In this document: piece after piece, positions 60,078 to 64,000 of the stretch
Layout: each line of letters starts with the position of its first letter
How positions within the stretch are numbered: position 1 is the stretch's first letter
From: the human T2T-CHM13v2.0 reference genome, Homo sapiens
DNA: 64,000 nucleotides
Assembly (NCBI RefSeq): GCF_009914755.1
Contig: NC_060936.1
Strand: one strand, 5' to 3'
The notes under the pieces: model-generated
Seen by the model: only the letters and a program-made list of their open reading frames with translations
Told to the model about the DNA's origin: nothing
Databases searched by the model: none
Made by a program: the position numbers and the translations under genes

Positions 60078-61079
60078 ATGGGGAAAAAACAGAGCAGAAA
60101 AACCTGAAACTCTAAAAATCAGAGTGCCTCTCCTCCTCCAAAGGAACACAGCTCCTTACCAGCAATGGAGAATGACTTTGACAAGTTGAGAGAAGAAGGT
60201 TTTAGAAGATCAAACAACTCAGAGCTAAAGGAGGAAGTTCAAACCCATGGCAAAGAAGTTAAAAACCTTGAAAAAAAATTAGACGAATGGCTAACTAGAA
60301 TAACCAATGCAGAGAAGTCCTTAAAGGACCTGATGGAGCTGAAAACCATGGCACAAGAACTGTGTGATGAATGCACAAGCCTCAGTAGCCGATCCAATCA
60401 ACTGGAAGAAAGGGTATCAGCGATGGAAGATGAAATGAATGAAATGAAGAGAGAAGAGAAGTTCAGAGAAAAAAGAATAAACAGAAATGAACAAAGCCTC
60501 TAAGAAATATAGGACTATGTGAAAAGACCAAATCTACGTCTGATTGGTGTACCTGAAAGTGATGGGGAGAATGGAACCAAGTTGGAAAACACTCTGCAGG
60601 ATATTATCCAGGAAAACTTCCCCAATCTAGCAAGGCAGGCCAACATTCAGATTCAGGAAATGCAGAGAACGCCACAAAGGTACTCCTCGAGAAGAGCAAC
60701 TCCAAGACACATAATTGTCAGATTCACCAAAGTTGAAATGAAGGAAAAAATGTTAAGGGCAGCCAGAGAGAAGGGTTGGGTTACCCACAAAGGGAAGCCC
60801 ATCAGACTAACAGCAGATCTCTCGGCAGAAACTCTACAAGCCAGAAGAGACTGGGGGCCAATATTCAACATTCTTAAAGAGAAGAATTTTCAACCCAGAA
60901 TTTCATATCCAGCCAAACTAAGCTTCATAAGTGAAGGAGAAATAAAATCCTTTACAGACAAGCAAATGCTGAGAGATTTTGTCACCACCAGGCCTGCCCT
61001 AAAAGAGCTCCTGAAGGAAGCACTAAACATGCAAAGGAACAACTGGTACCAGCCACTGCAAAATCATGCCAAATTGTAA
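60078..61079 (+). pseudogene. L1 ORF1p with premature stops
   Basis: ATG at 60078; stops near 60105, 60501 and 60510; ORFs 60165..60503 and 60519..61079. Confidence 0.9.
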
Positions 61080-61127
61080 AGACCATCGAGGCTAGGAAGA
61101 AACTGCATCAACTAACGAGCAAAATAA

Positions 61128-64000
<2,873 letters not shown>

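Overview
AT-rich, repeat-dense primate (very likely human) genomic DNA. It holds one clear protein-coding gene, MUCL1 (small breast epithelial mucin): 4 exons on the + strand, CDS join(13221..13278,13754..13795,15408..15530,16831..16880) = 273 nt, 90 aa. Nearly everything else is transposon-derived: a 5'-inverted L1PA (8.8-11.15 kb), two long L1PA elements head-to-head (41.5-47.7 kb, -, full length; 59.05 kb to window end, +), older L1M/L2/MIR fragments, Alus, ERV1/MaLR LTRs and Tigger/hAT MITEs. The most notable structures: (1) a TSD-flanked, poly(A)-tailed, 5'-inverted retrocopy of a non-L1 transcript carrying a THE1 LTR (23.8-25.2 kb); (2) non-consensus variants shared among the three young L1s around MUCL1, suggesting local ectopic gene conversion; (3) a short 3' transduction on the 41-47 kb L1; (4) a stuttered, locally templated ~200-bp inverted insertion at 34.7 kb; (5) an open, extended 159-aa ORF0 in the 59-kb L1; (6) a solo poly(A) insertion with TSD. 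Repeat subfamily names and consensus comparisons are from memory and need RepeatMasker/Dfam confirmation.
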